A stretch of DNA of 33,188 nucleotides, from positions 1 to 33,188 of the IMG/VR virus record IMGVR_UViG_3300024179_000008. One strand, written 5' to 3'. Every line of letters starts with the position of its first letter. The first letter of the stretch is position 1. The stretch comes from a virus (lineage: Duplodnaviria > Caudoviricetes). Below are positions 8,334 to 17,715 of the stretch, piece by piece. The notes beneath the pieces were generated by a model, which was not told the DNA's origin, searched no databases, and worked only from the letters and a program-made list of their open reading frames with translations. Made by a program: the position numbers and the translations under genes.

Positions 8334-8356
8334 CCCGTAACCCTGTTTGCGGGCAT

Positions 8357-8578
8357 CTAACGCACCGGGGCATCCCCGAACTCCCGCTGCGCCATCGCCA
8401 GCATCGCCGCTCTGGCTCGCTCGGCCCGCTCCTGGCTATCCAGCGGCAGCGTCACCGCCACATTGCGATGACACGGACAGGTGCGGACGACAAACCACCC
8501 CGTCCCCATCCTTCCCATAGCGCCATATCGTACCACTAGCCACTGCGAGCCATTGTGGTCATCGACCTGCCGCCTCAT
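8357..8578 (-). CDS. Hypothetical protein, 73 aa (MRRQVDDHNG...)
   Basis: ATGA overlap with the upstream gene; GGAGAGG RBS. Confidence 0.55.
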   Translation of the reverse strand: MRRQVDDHNGSQWLVVRYGAMGRMGTGWFVVRTCPCHRNVAVTLPLDSQERAERARAAMLAMAQREFGDAPVR

Positions 8579-9021
8579 CCGTCCTCTCCCGGTTCCCTGT
8601 CGCGCCGCGTCACCCACGCCCCCGGCCACAGCGTCTGCGCCGCGTTGATCGCCTGCACCCCAGCCCACAGCTTGGCGACCTCGTCCGGTGTCAGCCACGC
8701 TGCCGTGCGCCCGTCGACCTCCCGCCACCGGCTCGCCCCCTCCGGCCGCTCGCCGATGACCACGGTGTGCGTGCCGTGGATTCCGAGCTGGTAGGCATCC
8801 TCCGGCACCTCGGCCGCCTCCATCGCCCGCACCGCCGCCTCCCAGCCGCGCACCAGCGCCTCGCCATGGAGCTCGACCTCCTCGCCAGCGAACTCGGCTT
8901 GGTGGAAATATCCCTGCTGCTCGACGAGCGCCGCGTGCAGCCCGGGATTGACACGCTCCAGCGATCGGACTAGCCATCGCTGCGTGAAGGCCGCCTCGGC
9001 CGCTTTCACCGCCGCGCGCAT
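8575..9021 (-). CDS. Hypothetical phage protein, 148 aa
   Basis: Protein-like composition; located just past the origin; start uncertain. Confidence 0.65.
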   Translation of the reverse strand: MRAAVKAAEAAFTQRWLVRSLERVNPGLHAALVEQQGYFHQAEFAGEEVELHGEALVRGWEAAVRAMEAAEVPEDAYQLGIHGTHTVVIGERPEGASRWREVDGRTAAWLTPDEVAKLWAGVQAINAAQTLWPGAWVTRRDREPGEDG

Positions 9022-9032
9022 TCAGCGACGGC

Positions 9033-9326
9033 CGGTGCACATGCGGTGCACATACGGTGCACCTCGGGTGCAGCAAAAACCCAGCAATTCTGCGACCGGT
9101 GCACGTGGTGCAGCAAATCCTCGCGCGCACGCGCGTGAGACAAAAAATAAAATTCCTCGACCCCCTACAAGCACCCTGATTATTTTTATTTTTTTCCTAT
9201 AGCTAGATTCATCTTCATTTTGCTGCACCAGTGCACCGTTATAGTATAAGCTATTGAAACTAAACATCGAATCGCGGTGCAGTAGATTTTTGTCTCGTGC
9301 ACCGGGAGCACCAAATAGTGCACCGG
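9033..9326. repeat. Putative replication origin: convergent GGTGCA(C/G) iterons flanking an AT-rich core
   Basis: GGTGCA at 9034, 9045, 9056, 9067 (11-bp period), 9098, 9107; inverted TGCACC copies near 9222, 9231, 9297, 9318; A/T tracts 9141-9260; downstream of the primase-helicase. Confidence 0.75.
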
Positions 9327-9368
9327 TCCACACATTGGGTCGTCCCGGCCCATCGCCGTCCCGGCCCA

Positions 9369-9881
9369 TCATCGGTCGCCTCGCATCATTTTTAATGCCG
9401 CGCCGACGCCATAAAATAAGAAATCGGGGAGCCAGCCCGAGGTAGCCGTCGTCACGATCGGCACCGCCGATCCCGGATACCAGGCCGATTTGGCCTTCGG
9501 CCAGCACTTGAAATCGACGCCCCAGCGACGGTGATGGCGTTCCATCTTCTCGGCCAGCCAGACCCCGTATCGCTCCTCGATGTACGGCTCCGTAACGAAG
9601 CCCCAGGGCTCCCCGCCGCGGTCGTCGGCGATCAGCCACCAGGCATGGTCGATGACGTGGCGGCCATTGGCGGCCTTCTGCATGCGATCGGCGATCGCAT
9701 AGAACGGCACCTCCCACATTTTCAGATCGGCCAGGAACTGAGAATCCAGTCGCGCCGGGGTGAACGATTCCTCCACCCCGGCGCTAAGTCCGAAACTCAG
9801 CCCGAGCTCTTGCCTGATCTCCTCGGCCATTGCTCTGCGGCGTACGATGATGGCGTTCCATTCACTGCTTTCTCCGTCCAT
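9369..9881 (-). CDS. Hypothetical protein, 170 aa (MDGESSEW...)
   Basis: AGGAGAG RBS overlapping the primase stop; Trp-rich (IDHAWW, FVTEPY, SAWYPG). Confidence 0.7.
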   Translation of the reverse strand: MDGESSEWNAIIVRRRAMAEEIRQELGLSFGLSAGVEESFTPARLDSQFLADLKMWEVPFYAIADRMQKAANGRHVIDHAWWLIADDRGGEPWGFVTEPYIEERYGVWLAEKMERHHRRWGVDFKCWPKAKSAWYPGSAVPIVTTATSGWLPDFLFYGVGAALKMMRGDR

Positions 9882-9886
9882 CTCTC

Positions 9887-12442
9887 CTAGCTCCTTGGCT
9901 GGTTGACAAAATCCCTCGTGCAATTCGAGCCCATCGGTTCGTTGAGTTGTCGGGGCGCCTGCTCGCGCAGCGTCAGCCCGAGCTCGGTCATCTTGATGCC
10001 GGCCATCAGACGGATGCCGCCGTGCCGGTACGCATCCTGGCAGCCCAAGCCCGAGCGCAGCCCGTTGATCAGGAATTTCTGCGATGGGATCTTGGTCGCG
10101 ATGCCGTATTCCGCGATGTACCAGGCTTTGAATGCCGCCGTCAGGTCGCGCCGGTCGACCATGTAGAGCGGGTCGCTCTCGATGCAGTCGCGGGCGAACG
10201 CCATCGTCGGGTTGTTGGCGTCGCGAAACTTATCGGCCGCCTCCCGCATAGATTGCGGCGGATCAAACTTGCCGCGCTTTTTCAGGCGATCCCAGCCCTC
10301 CATCGCCCAGCCGAACACGCCGCTCTGTTCGTGCTCGGTAACGATTTCGTCGATCACCGGCTTGCCGGCGGTTTCACCCTCCGAGCGCACCACGTGCATC
10401 GGTATCAGGATACAGCGGTTGTACACAGCCTCGCTTTGGTCACGCACTTTTGGCAGTGAATTGCCGCTGAATGCGATCGGAATATCGAGGCGACCGGATG
10501 CGTATTCCTTGGATTTAACATCGGTCGAAAAGTCTTCGCCAGTGACAACAACCTTGAATATCGCGTCATCGATTTCGTCACCAGACCCGACGGCATCGTC
10601 AGCGATCCAAGCCCGCTGGCCAAGTAGCGCGGCGGGACCAAAGTTTCTCTCAAGAGCGCGGACCTTCAGTGAAATTATGGGAGTGCCAATCAGTCCCATC
10701 AGAACTTTTAGAATTCGCGTCTTGCCGGTTTGGCTTTCACCGTACAGCCACAACGCCTTGCGCAATTCACGCGGTTTGTTGCGCACCAACGCGGCGCCGA
10801 ACCATTCCTGCAGCGATGCAATGATAGCGGCGCGTTCGGCCGGGTCGCGGTCGCTAAAGCACCCGTCGAGAAACTCCAGCCACCGGGGGCATGGTTGGTT
10901 CATCTCGGCGATCAGCGCCTCGACCCGCTGTGTCGCCCAGTGATCCGGCGAGTGGTCGACCCGTTGCCAGCCGCCGCCTTGCTTTGGCTGTAGTGCGCCG
11001 TCGAGGCACACGATGACGCCGCCATCGTTCCACCTGACGCCAGCGACGCGCAAATCGGGGTGCTCGCGGACGTAGTTGTTGACCGCCTTGGTGAGCGACG
11101 TCTTCGGATCGATCTCGGCAGCTCTAAGAATGCCTTGGATTGCCGCCTTTAATGCGTGGTCTGCATCCTCGTCCCAACGCTCCCAGAAGCCGCCGCGATA
11201 GGTGTATGGCACCCCTCTGACTACGGCGATTGGGCCGCGTGTCTCCGACCAATAGGCAACCGCGCCGTCGCCTGCGGCGACGATCTGCTTGCTGGGAGCT
11301 TTTGCCTGGGCTTTTGCCGGGGCTGCGCCTGGATCTTTTTTTGGCCTGCCGCGACCGCGCGCCGCGGCGGCCTCGGCCATGTTGACGACCTTTTCGTCTG
11401 CGCCTTCGTCCTCACCTTCGTCCGCACGTTCGTCCTGACGCTGTGCCGGCCCGAACTTGTCGCGCGCGGTCGCGATCATCGCGCGGATGTTTTTCTCCTC
11501 GCGCTGCCAGTTCCAGTTTGCCCCGGCGACCCCGACCGCTTCCTGCGTCGCGCGCAACAAGAGTTCGGCGATCTCATCATCGCCGGTACCGTGCCGCACC
11601 AGCGACGCGGAGACGTGCAATTGTGTCTGGTGAATGCCGGTGTCGCCGGCACCGAGATATTCCATCGCCGCCAGGCGCGCGCCGACATCGATCGGCGGCT
11701 TGATCTTGCAAGCCTGCGCGTAGCGCAGGAAGACGTCGCTCTCGACGGGGCGCTCGGAGGGCTTCACCGGGATCTTGTCCGGCATGACGATCACCGGCCG
11801 GTGAATGTCCAGCATGTCGAGGAGTTCGTCGTATTCGTAGCGCGCGCCGGAGCTGTGCAAGACGCTGCACAATTTCAGCTCGCCGCCCTTGGTATTGTGC
11901 GTCCCGGGCAGGCGCATGATGCGCGCCAGGTCGCACACCGCCGGGTCGCCGCAGCAGATCGCTGCCAACTGCTTTAGCGCGCCGACGATCCCGGCCTCGA
12001 GCTCGGCCACGCCAGGCGCCTCCTGGCGCACATCGAGCGCCTCTTTGAGGTGCCAGTAGGCGTGCAGCCCGTGCCCGCTATCGACGATCAGCGAAGGTGG
12101 CAGCATCATCTCGGTGAGCTTCTTGCTCACGAAAACTTTGTCGAGGTTCTGCTTGGTGCAGTCGATGTCGACCCACAACGCGATCAGCTCGGCAAGGCCG
12201 GCGCGCGTGCCTTTGCACATCGATAAGAGGCGCGTAACAACCCCGAAATACACCGCGCGCTCTTGTCCGTCCCAGCGTGCGCAATGTACTTCGATATCCG
12301 CCGGGTCGCGAGTGAACAACGGCGCCGCTCGACCGGCGCCGTGTTCATTTGGCAAGGCGCGGATTTCCACTGCCTGCGTCGTCACCCCGCCAAAAAACTC
12401 GGCGAGGAACTTGGACGCGGGCGCATAGTCGCGGTCGCGCAT
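9887..12442 (-). CDS. Primase-helicase: RepB-like AEP primase fused to a P4/D5-family SF3 helicase, 851 aa
   Basis: LWVDID, IVDSGHGLHAYW, RIMRLPGTHN (primase); CPRWLEFL, LYGESQTGKT (Walker A), IADDA, FSGNSLP. Confidence 0.9.
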   Translation of the reverse strand: MRDRDYAPASKFLAEFFGGVTTQAVEIRALPNEHGAGRAAPLFTRDPADIEVHCARWDGQERAVYFGVVTRLLSMCKGTRAGLAELIALWVDIDCTKQNLDKVFVSKKLTEMMLPPSLIVDSGHGLHAYWHLKEALDVRQEAPGVAELEAGIVGALKQLAAICCGDPAVCDLARIMRLPGTHNTKGGELKLCSVLHSSGARYEYDELLDMLDIHRPVIVMPDKIPVKPSERPVESDVFLRYAQACKIKPPIDVGARLAAMEYLGAGDTGIHQTQLHVSASLVRHGTGDDEIAELLLRATQEAVGVAGANWNWQREEKNIRAMIATARDKFGPAQRQDERADEGEDEGADEKVVNMAEAAAARGRGRPKKDPGAAPAKAQAKAPSKQIVAAGDGAVAYWSETRGPIAVVRGVPYTYRGGFWERWDEDADHALKAAIQGILRAAEIDPKTSLTKAVNNYVREHPDLRVAGVRWNDGGVIVCLDGALQPKQGGGWQRVDHSPDHWATQRVEALIAEMNQPCPRWLEFLDGCFSDRDPAERAAIIASLQEWFGAALVRNKPRELRKALWLYGESQTGKTRILKVLMGLIGTPIISLKVRALERNFGPAALLGQRAWIADDAVGSGDEIDDAIFKVVVTGEDFSTDVKSKEYASGRLDIPIAFSGNSLPKVRDQSEAVYNRCILIPMHVVRSEGETAGKPVIDEIVTEHEQSGVFGWAMEGWDRLKKRGKFDPPQSMREAADKFRDANNPTMAFARDCIESDPLYMVDRRDLTAAFKAWYIAEYGIATKIPSQKFLINGLRSGLGCQDAYRHGGIRLMAGIKMTELGLTLREQAPRQLNEPMGSNCTRDFVNQPRS

Positions 12443-12463
12443 GAGCCCGCTCCTTTGGTTGGG

Positions 12464-13183
12464 TTAAAACTTGGGCGTGTTCTTTGGCTGCGCGCGGGTC
12501 ATCGTCGGGGCCGGTTTGGCCGGCGGCGCCTCTACCTGCGCCGGCTGTGCAGGCGACGGCTCCTCATCATCGCTGATTTCATTGCCCGAAGCATCGAGCC
12601 AGCCGACGATGCCGAGCGTCGGGACATAGGTCTTGCCGTAGGTCGAGTGCGTGTAAAAGTCATTGCCGAGCTCGACGATCGGCGTGTAGTCGGGCGGGTA
12701 CTGGCGGCGCAGCAATCCGAAGGCATTGCACAACTCTTGTATCGCGCCGATACCGCCCTTGCTGCTGGTGCTGTAGAGATACGTCGTGCCGCTGCCGAGC
12801 TCGACCAACTCGAGCTGGTTGGTCTGCTGCCACGGATCGCGCGGCCGACCGTCCATCAGCTCCCACATCTGCTGATCGAGATCGCCGAGCGACGACCGCG
12901 GTTCTTCCGGCAATTGCTCGATCAGCAGTGACAGACGGTCTTCGGCGACCTGTCCGCCAAACCACTTGCGCCACCCGACCTTGAGCCCGTTCATGTTGGC
13001 GGCCAGTCGCGTGCCGAGCGGCAGTGTGGTGTCGTTTATCCCGAACAGCCACTCGCCGTTCTTGAACGACAGGAACTGCGCGCCGCGTGCTGCGGCTTTT
13101 GCCCCATAGGTCGCAAACGGATCGCGACCGCCGGTTGTTGCTACACCACGATTACCAAGCGTTTGCAATAAGTTATCAGCCAT
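12464..13183 (-). CDS. Putative ssDNA-binding/annealing protein, 239 aa
   Basis: FLSFKNGEWLFG, RDPWQ, PIVELGNDFYTHSTYGKTYVPTL; acidic/Pro-rich tail; between nuclease and primase; GGAGA RBS. Confidence 0.6.
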   Translation of the reverse strand: MADNLLQTLGNRGVATTGGRDPFATYGAKAAARGAQFLSFKNGEWLFGINDTTLPLGTRLAANMNGLKVGWRKWFGGQVAEDRLSLLIEQLPEEPRSSLGDLDQQMWELMDGRPRDPWQQTNQLELVELGSGTTYLYSTSSKGGIGAIQELCNAFGLLRRQYPPDYTPIVELGNDFYTHSTYGKTYVPTLGIVGWLDASGNEISDDEEPSPAQPAQVEAPPAKPAPTMTRAQPKNTPKF

Positions 13184-13225
13184 TTCTATCTCCATCGCTA
13201 TGTTGACTGTTAGCTTTATGCGCAC

Positions 13226-14260
13226 TTACTTCACCACTAACCTTTCACCTGGCCTCCCCTCCTTTTTGTAGGGTGACAGATCGATCCCGGCGGCCTCGGC
13301 TGCTGCGGTGTCGAGCGTGCTGCGACCGGCGACTGAACCCCAGGACACCGACCAATTGTCGCCGCGGTAATAGCGCACGCCATTGTCGCGCATGAATTGT
13401 TTGAGTGCCTCGACCGTCACGGCGCGGGTGCGCTCGTTGTCTTCGGTGACATCGTCGAGCGCGACGATGGCATCGCGCAGACCCTTGAGTTCCGATACCG
13501 CGTTGTCGCCGAGTATTGGCCCAGGGTCGGATGGGATGCCAGCGACCGTGGCGGCGACGCACTGCTCGGCCCATGCACAGTATTTGCACTCGGCGCCGCC
13601 CGACATCTTGCCCTCGGGCGGCAGGTCGGAGGGCTGTTCGGCGCTGAAGATCTGGCGAGCCCGCTCACCTGCCGCCTTGTAGACGGTGCTTTCGAAGCGC
13701 ACCGCGAATTCGCTGATGTCGTTGTAGAACGATGCGTTGCCGTAGGTTATCAGGGCGTAGCGGGGGCGGTGCTCTGTTGTCGCGCGGAGCACCCCCATGG
13801 CGACCTGCACTTGAAAGACGTGTTCGGGTTTGGCGTGCCGCAATGTGATGCGCGGGTCGATCGACTTGCATTCGACGAGGAGCTCTTCCCCGCCGATATC
13901 GGGCACCCCGAGATGCGCCAGGCAGTCCCGCTGCACTCCAACGAGGAGTCCGTCCGGGGTGGCGCTGAGATAGCCATCGACGCGCGTCTGTTGCTCCCGG
14001 CCGGCATAGAGCAGGCGCACGCCGGGCGGCAGGGTCGCGAGCAGGCCCGGCACCCAGAAATGCTGTTCGAAAATATCGCCGCGGGCGGCGGCGCCCCAGG
14101 TTTCGACGTAGCTGGGGTCGGGCTTGATCTCGAGTTTGCTGAATGCTGTCTGCCGGGCGCAGCGTCCGTTCTCGGAGCTACCGAGTGTGTCGCGGCGATC
14201 GTGCGACCACGTTTTGGTCCGCATCTCGCTGCCGTATTTAGCGAGAAGGGCGGCGATCAT
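13226..14260 (-). CDS. Cas4-like PD-(D/E)XK exonuclease with 4-Cys (Fe-S) signature, 344 aa
   Basis: GRCARQ, ATPDG, VECKS, QVQVAM, CKYCAWAEQC; ATGA-coupled. Confidence 0.8.
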   Translation of the reverse strand: MIAALLAKYGSEMRTKTWSHDRRDTLGSSENGRCARQTAFSKLEIKPDPSYVETWGAAARGDIFEQHFWVPGLLATLPPGVRLLYAGREQQTRVDGYLSATPDGLLVGVQRDCLAHLGVPDIGGEELLVECKSIDPRITLRHAKPEHVFQVQVAMGVLRATTEHRPRYALITYGNASFYNDISEFAVRFESTVYKAAGERARQIFSAEQPSDLPPEGKMSGGAECKYCAWAEQCVAATVAGIPSDPGPILGDNAVSELKGLRDAIVALDDVTEDNERTRAVTVEALKQFMRDNGVRYYRGDNWSVSWGSVAGRSTLDTAAAEAAGIDLSPYKKEGRPGERLVVK

Positions 14261-14637
14261 GCGAGCTCCCGTTTGCACTGTTGCCAGACGTCGTTTTCGT
14301 CATTGGCCGGATTGATCGGATCGTCAAACGGCACCATCCCGGCGCGTTGGCGGATCGCGATGATCCGCTCATTGATCAGCGAGAGCGCCTCGACGCGTAT
14401 TTGCGGCTCGACGGTGGCGAGCCAGCCGCGGGCCTGCTCGCGCACATAGGCGAGCATTGCGGTGGCGTCGCGCCGGCCGTAGCGGTGGAGCTGGCGGGCG
14501 AATTCCTGCAGCATCTCGCCGCCGGGTCGCGCAAAGAGCTGCTCGCGGTATTCGTTGCGGGCACGCCGGTATGCCCTGAGCAGCCGGTCGCGTTCCTGCA
14601 GAGCCTCTTCGGCAGTGGCGGGCTGCTTATGCGGCAT
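14257..14637 (-). CDS. Hypothetical protein, 126 aa
   Basis: Coupled at both ends; R.RAGMVPFDDP motif. Confidence 0.65.
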   Translation of the reverse strand: MPHKQPATAEEALQERDRLLRAYRRARNEYREQLFARPGGEMLQEFARQLHRYGRRDATAMLAYVREQARGWLATVEPQIRVEALSLINERIIAIRQRAGMVPFDDPINPANDENDVWQQCKRELA

Positions 14638-15857
14638 CAGGGCTCTTTCTGTTTGAGCATGCACTCGGGCACTGGCTCGCCGGCTTTGACGCGCCGACCG
14701 ATTTCCTCAACCGCGGCGTAATACGAGCCGGCCAGGTCGGCGGATTCGTCGTAGGGCCGCTCGAACAGCCCACCGAGCGGCTTGGCTTCCGTGCGCCGCG
14801 CCTTGGCCGCGGTTGAGTGCAGCCCGCCGCCTTCGTAAAAGGCCATGCGCTCGCGAATATCGGCGACATACTGATCCTCGCGTTCGATCAGGATCGCGTT
14901 GCGGCCGCAACCTAGTGCGGCAACCCCGGTGGTTCCGGTCCCTGCAAAGCAGTCAAGAACCGTTCCGCCCGGAGGCGTCACCAGTTGCACCAGCCAGCGG
15001 ATCAGGTCGATGGGCTTTACGGTCGGATGCCGCGATCCCCAGCGGTCTTGCTTGTCGGCTTTTGCCTGGAAAAAAAATCTGGCTGCAGAGCCGGTGTCAC
15101 CGACAGGGACGCGGGGCGAATGCCGCCCCTTTAGTCCGCGGTAAATATCGCGTGTTGAATTGCTCGGCTCGTTGCCGGTAACAATGCCTGACTGTCCCGG
15201 TGCGTCAGGAAATGCCCGCAGCACTTCGTCGCTGCCGTCGTGCGCTACGTTGGCGGGCCAGCGGCCGGGCGGCGCCTCGCCGGCCCCCATCGTCGCTTCG
15301 CCGCGCTCGTGGTGATGAAAATGCCCCGGTGACCGTGAAGTGGGCCAGGTCTCAACTGTTGTTCCGATCCGGCATTCGTCCACCTGCATCGTGCGCTTGC
15401 CGCCCGGCTTGTAGGCGAGGCAGATCGGCTCATAGCTGGGTTTTAGCTGTACCTTGTTCTTCGGAAAGCCGCTGCCATAGAGCCAGGCAATCGTGTCCTG
15501 AATGACAAACCCGCCATCCTCGATGGCGCAGACGAGCCGGTGATAAGTGCGGGTGCCGCCGAACGCGACGAGGAACGCGCCGGGCCGCAGGATGGTGGCG
15601 ATTGTCGCCCATGTCTCAGCGCGAAACGCGATGTCGCCGCCGTCCCATTGCTGGCCCATAAAGCCTTTGCTGAGCCGCTGAAAAGAGGTTGAGCCATCGT
15701 TATTGCGCGCGCCAACATTGAACGTGCCGCCGAACCGCTTGTGCATTGGCGCGAGATGGTAAGGGGCGTCCGTCACGACCGCATCGCACACGACGCCTTC
15801 CGCGACGAGGCGCGATATCGCCATAAGGCAATCATCATGTTCGATGCGTACTGTCAT
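14637..15857 (-). CDS. Orphan N6A/N4C DNA methyltransferase (beta class), 406 aa
   Basis: VVTDAPY (motif IV variant) N-terminal; HPTVKPIDL and VLDCFAGTGTT (motif I) C-terminal; WLYGSGFPK. Confidence 0.9.
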   Translation of the reverse strand: MTVRIEHDDCLMAISRLVAEGVVCDAVVTDAPYHLAPMHKRFGGTFNVGARNNDGSTSFQRLSKGFMGQQWDGGDIAFRAETWATIATILRPGAFLVAFGGTRTYHRLVCAIEDGGFVIQDTIAWLYGSGFPKNKVQLKPSYEPICLAYKPGGKRTMQVDECRIGTTVETWPTSRSPGHFHHHERGEATMGAGEAPPGRWPANVAHDGSDEVLRAFPDAPGQSGIVTGNEPSNSTRDIYRGLKGRHSPRVPVGDTGSAARFFFQAKADKQDRWGSRHPTVKPIDLIRWLVQLVTPPGGTVLDCFAGTGTTGVAALGCGRNAILIEREDQYVADIRERMAFYEGGGLHSTAAKARRTEAKPLGGLFERPYDESADLAGSYYAAVEEIGRRVKAGEPVPECMLKQKEP

Positions 15858-16318
15858 TCCGCTGTCGCCCGGCGCCGCTTATTGCGTTGTGCTTCGGCGT
15901 ACTCTCTCCCGAGAGATGCCTTTATCCCGTCCTTGAAATCTTCTGGGAAAAGTCCCTGGCCGCAGATTGGGCATGCGGGCACTCGGCTGCGTTTGCGCCA
16001 TGCTAGATCCAATTGTCGTGCCGCAAGCGTTCGCGCCTGAAACGTTTCCGCTTCCGTCAGCTCGGCGGCTCGCGCCTCGATTTTGCGGGCGGCGTTGCCG
16101 ACTTGCTCGACGAGTAGTTTGAAAGCGTCGAACGCCTCGATTGTTTGTTCGCAATCAGCACACCAGACGCGGCGCTCCTGCTGGTCATAATGCAGTCGTC
16201 GATGATGGCATGAAGAAACAGACCGGCGCGTCATACCGCGCGCCACGCGAATGTCTCCGATATCAACTATCTTTACGCCGCTTAAATAATTTAGCGGCTC
16301 AATTGGTGTGTCGGTCAT
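15854..16318 (-). CDS. Hypothetical Zn-ribbon protein, 154 aa (MTDTPIEP...)
   Basis: CHH..WCADC and CPICG; ATGA coupling at both ends. Confidence 0.7.
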   Translation of the reverse strand: MTDTPIEPLNYLSGVKIVDIGDIRVARGMTRRSVSSCHHRRLHYDQQERRVWCADCEQTIEAFDAFKLLVEQVGNAARKIEARAAELTEAETFQARTLAARQLDLAWRKRSRVPACPICGQGLFPEDFKDGIKASLGREYAEAQRNKRRRATAE

Positions 16319-16767
16319 TCGGCCGCCCTCGCCGCGCCGGTTTCGATCAGCACATTCGCGCGGCTCGTCGTGTTGACTGTGACCCCGTAGCTGGCGAGGC
16401 AGTCGATGACCTCCTCGAGCGTCTCGCAGATTGCGACCCAGGCGCCTGCGCAACGGAGCTGATCGTGCATGTCGAGCTGCCGCCACTCGTGCGCGGTGTA
16501 ATTCCCGAACCGTTCGCGGCGGCTCTTCCAGCCGCGCTCCTTCAGCTCGATAAAGCCGACCCGGCCGCTCCCGATGACCAGCCAATCCGGCACCCCGGAG
16601 ATGACGCCCATGCGGCCGGCGATCGCCCGCTGCATCGCACCCGCTCTCTCACCGCGCACATGAATCATCACCGCGTCGTCGGCGAGCCCGTATTTCTTTA
16701 TGTGGCCGGCAATACGGAGGTGTTCGGCCGTCTCAGTTGTTGGCCGAGCAATGCGCTTTTGAGGCAT
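16315..16767 (-). CDS. VRR-NUC-like nuclease / Holliday junction resolvase, 150 aa
   Basis: MGVISGVPDWLV...FIELK...Q..MHDQL. Confidence 0.75.
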   Translation of the reverse strand: MPQKRIARPTTETAEHLRIAGHIKKYGLADDAVMIHVRGERAGAMQRAIAGRMGVISGVPDWLVIGSGRVGFIELKERGWKSRRERFGNYTAHEWRQLDMHDQLRCAGAWVAICETLEEVIDCLASYGVTVNTTSRANVLIETGAARAAE

Positions 16768-17059
16768 GGGGCACCTCGCCGGCCGCGATGCGTGCGTACC
16801 GTTTCGGGGGACGGGTAACAGTGACGATGGGGGCGCCGGGAACCTCGTTGGGCCATACCGCGTCAACCGGCCAATTGGTCAATAGCCACAGGGTAAGGCG
16901 CTCGAGGGTCAGTGTACTGACGCCCAGACCGTGCTCGATGCGGGTCAGGGCTTTGCTGTTGCGCGTCCCGAGGGCTCGCTTGGCGACGGACGACAGCGCC
17001 AGCTCGGTGTGCCCGGCATAGACGCGGGCGAGCGACAGCACCTCGGTGGGGGTAAGCAT
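16733..17059 (-). CDS. Cro-like HTH regulator, first gene of the leftward early operon
   Basis: LARVYAGHTELALSSVAKRALG..KALTRIEHG...WPVDAVWP; divergent from the CI-like gene. Confidence 0.7.
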   Translation of the reverse strand: MLTPTEVLSLARVYAGHTELALSSVAKRALGTRNSKALTRIEHGLGVSTLTLERLTLWLLTNWPVDAVWPNEVPGAPIVTVTRPPKRYARIAAGEVPHASKAHCSANN

Positions 17060-17094
17060 AGGCCAGCGTATGGCCCGTGTACGCTACCGCGCAA

Positions 17095-17164
17095 GATAAA
17101 AATCTCGACTAAACTGCGGGTGATCTGCAACCCTTTATAACATAAGTTAGTGGAGATTTTTGTC
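17095..17164. promoter_or_regulatory. Immunity-region inverted repeat (16/18 match) between divergent regulators
   Basis: GATAAAAATCTCGACTAA (17095-17112) vs TTAGTGGAGATTTTTGTC (17147-17164). Confidence 0.6.
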
Positions 17165-17306
17165 CGATGATCTATTCCCTATGAGGCCGAATTGGATTAA
17201 ATTGCAGGGAACGTAGAGGATGGCGCAGATGGCGGAACGGCCCGCTCACAATGGCGGCGGGCCTGAGGACACCGGCCCAGGAAAGAGGCGCGTAGGGGGC
17301 TCGGCC

Positions 17307-17714
17307 ATGGCCCGGTCGAGACGAAAAGAGATCTTGCTGTGGGATGACGCGGAATTCCGCCGTCGCGTCCAGCAGGTGGCGCGCGATCAGGGCCAGAACG
17401 TCGAAGAGTTGATGGCTGAGAGCGGCGTCGCGCACGACTACTGCTACCGCCCGGCAGACGGCAGGAATACCAACGTAATCATGCGGATCGCCGACAAGCT
17501 TGGGGTCAATCCGGCGGAGATCGCCGGCTGGACGATGATGCCGTCTGCCCCCGGCATGTCAAAATGGATGATCCAGCACAACGCCATGCAGACGCTCGTC
17601 GCTATGGCTATCGGCCGCGGCGAGACGACCGAGGAAATCGCCCGGGCCATCGGATTGACCGGCCCGGCTGCCGACGAGCTCCTCGATAAGCTAAGTCCGA
17701 AAAAGACCCCGTAA
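17307..17714 (+). CDS. CI-like HTH repressor without a peptidase domain (start could be 17220)
   Basis: WDDAEFRRRVQQVARDQGQNVEELMAESGV...IMRIADKLGVNPAEI; divergent from the Cro-like gene. Confidence 0.65.
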   Translation: MARSRRKEILLWDDAEFRRRVQQVARDQGQNVEELMAESGVAHDYCYRPADGRNTNVIMRIADKLGVNPAEIAGWTMMPSAPGMSKWMIQHNAMQTLVAMAIGRGETTEEIARAIGLTGPAADELLDKLSPKKTP

Positions 17715-17715
17715 T

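Noticed and set aside
9033-9326. CRISPR or mini-array
   Set aside because: Repeats are 6-8 bp, in both orientations, with no spacer-sized unique intervals
9022-9717. 231-aa minus-strand ORF across the origin
   Set aside because: Overlaps a better gene out of frame and translates iterons and A/T tracts
11300-11450. Intein or insertion in the primase-helicase
   Set aside because: Low-complexity acidic/basic interdomain linker with an AT-hook-like RGRGRPKK; no intein splice motifs
13226-14260. CRISPR-Cas locus
   Set aside because: Only a solo Cas4-like nuclease; no cas1/cas2 or array
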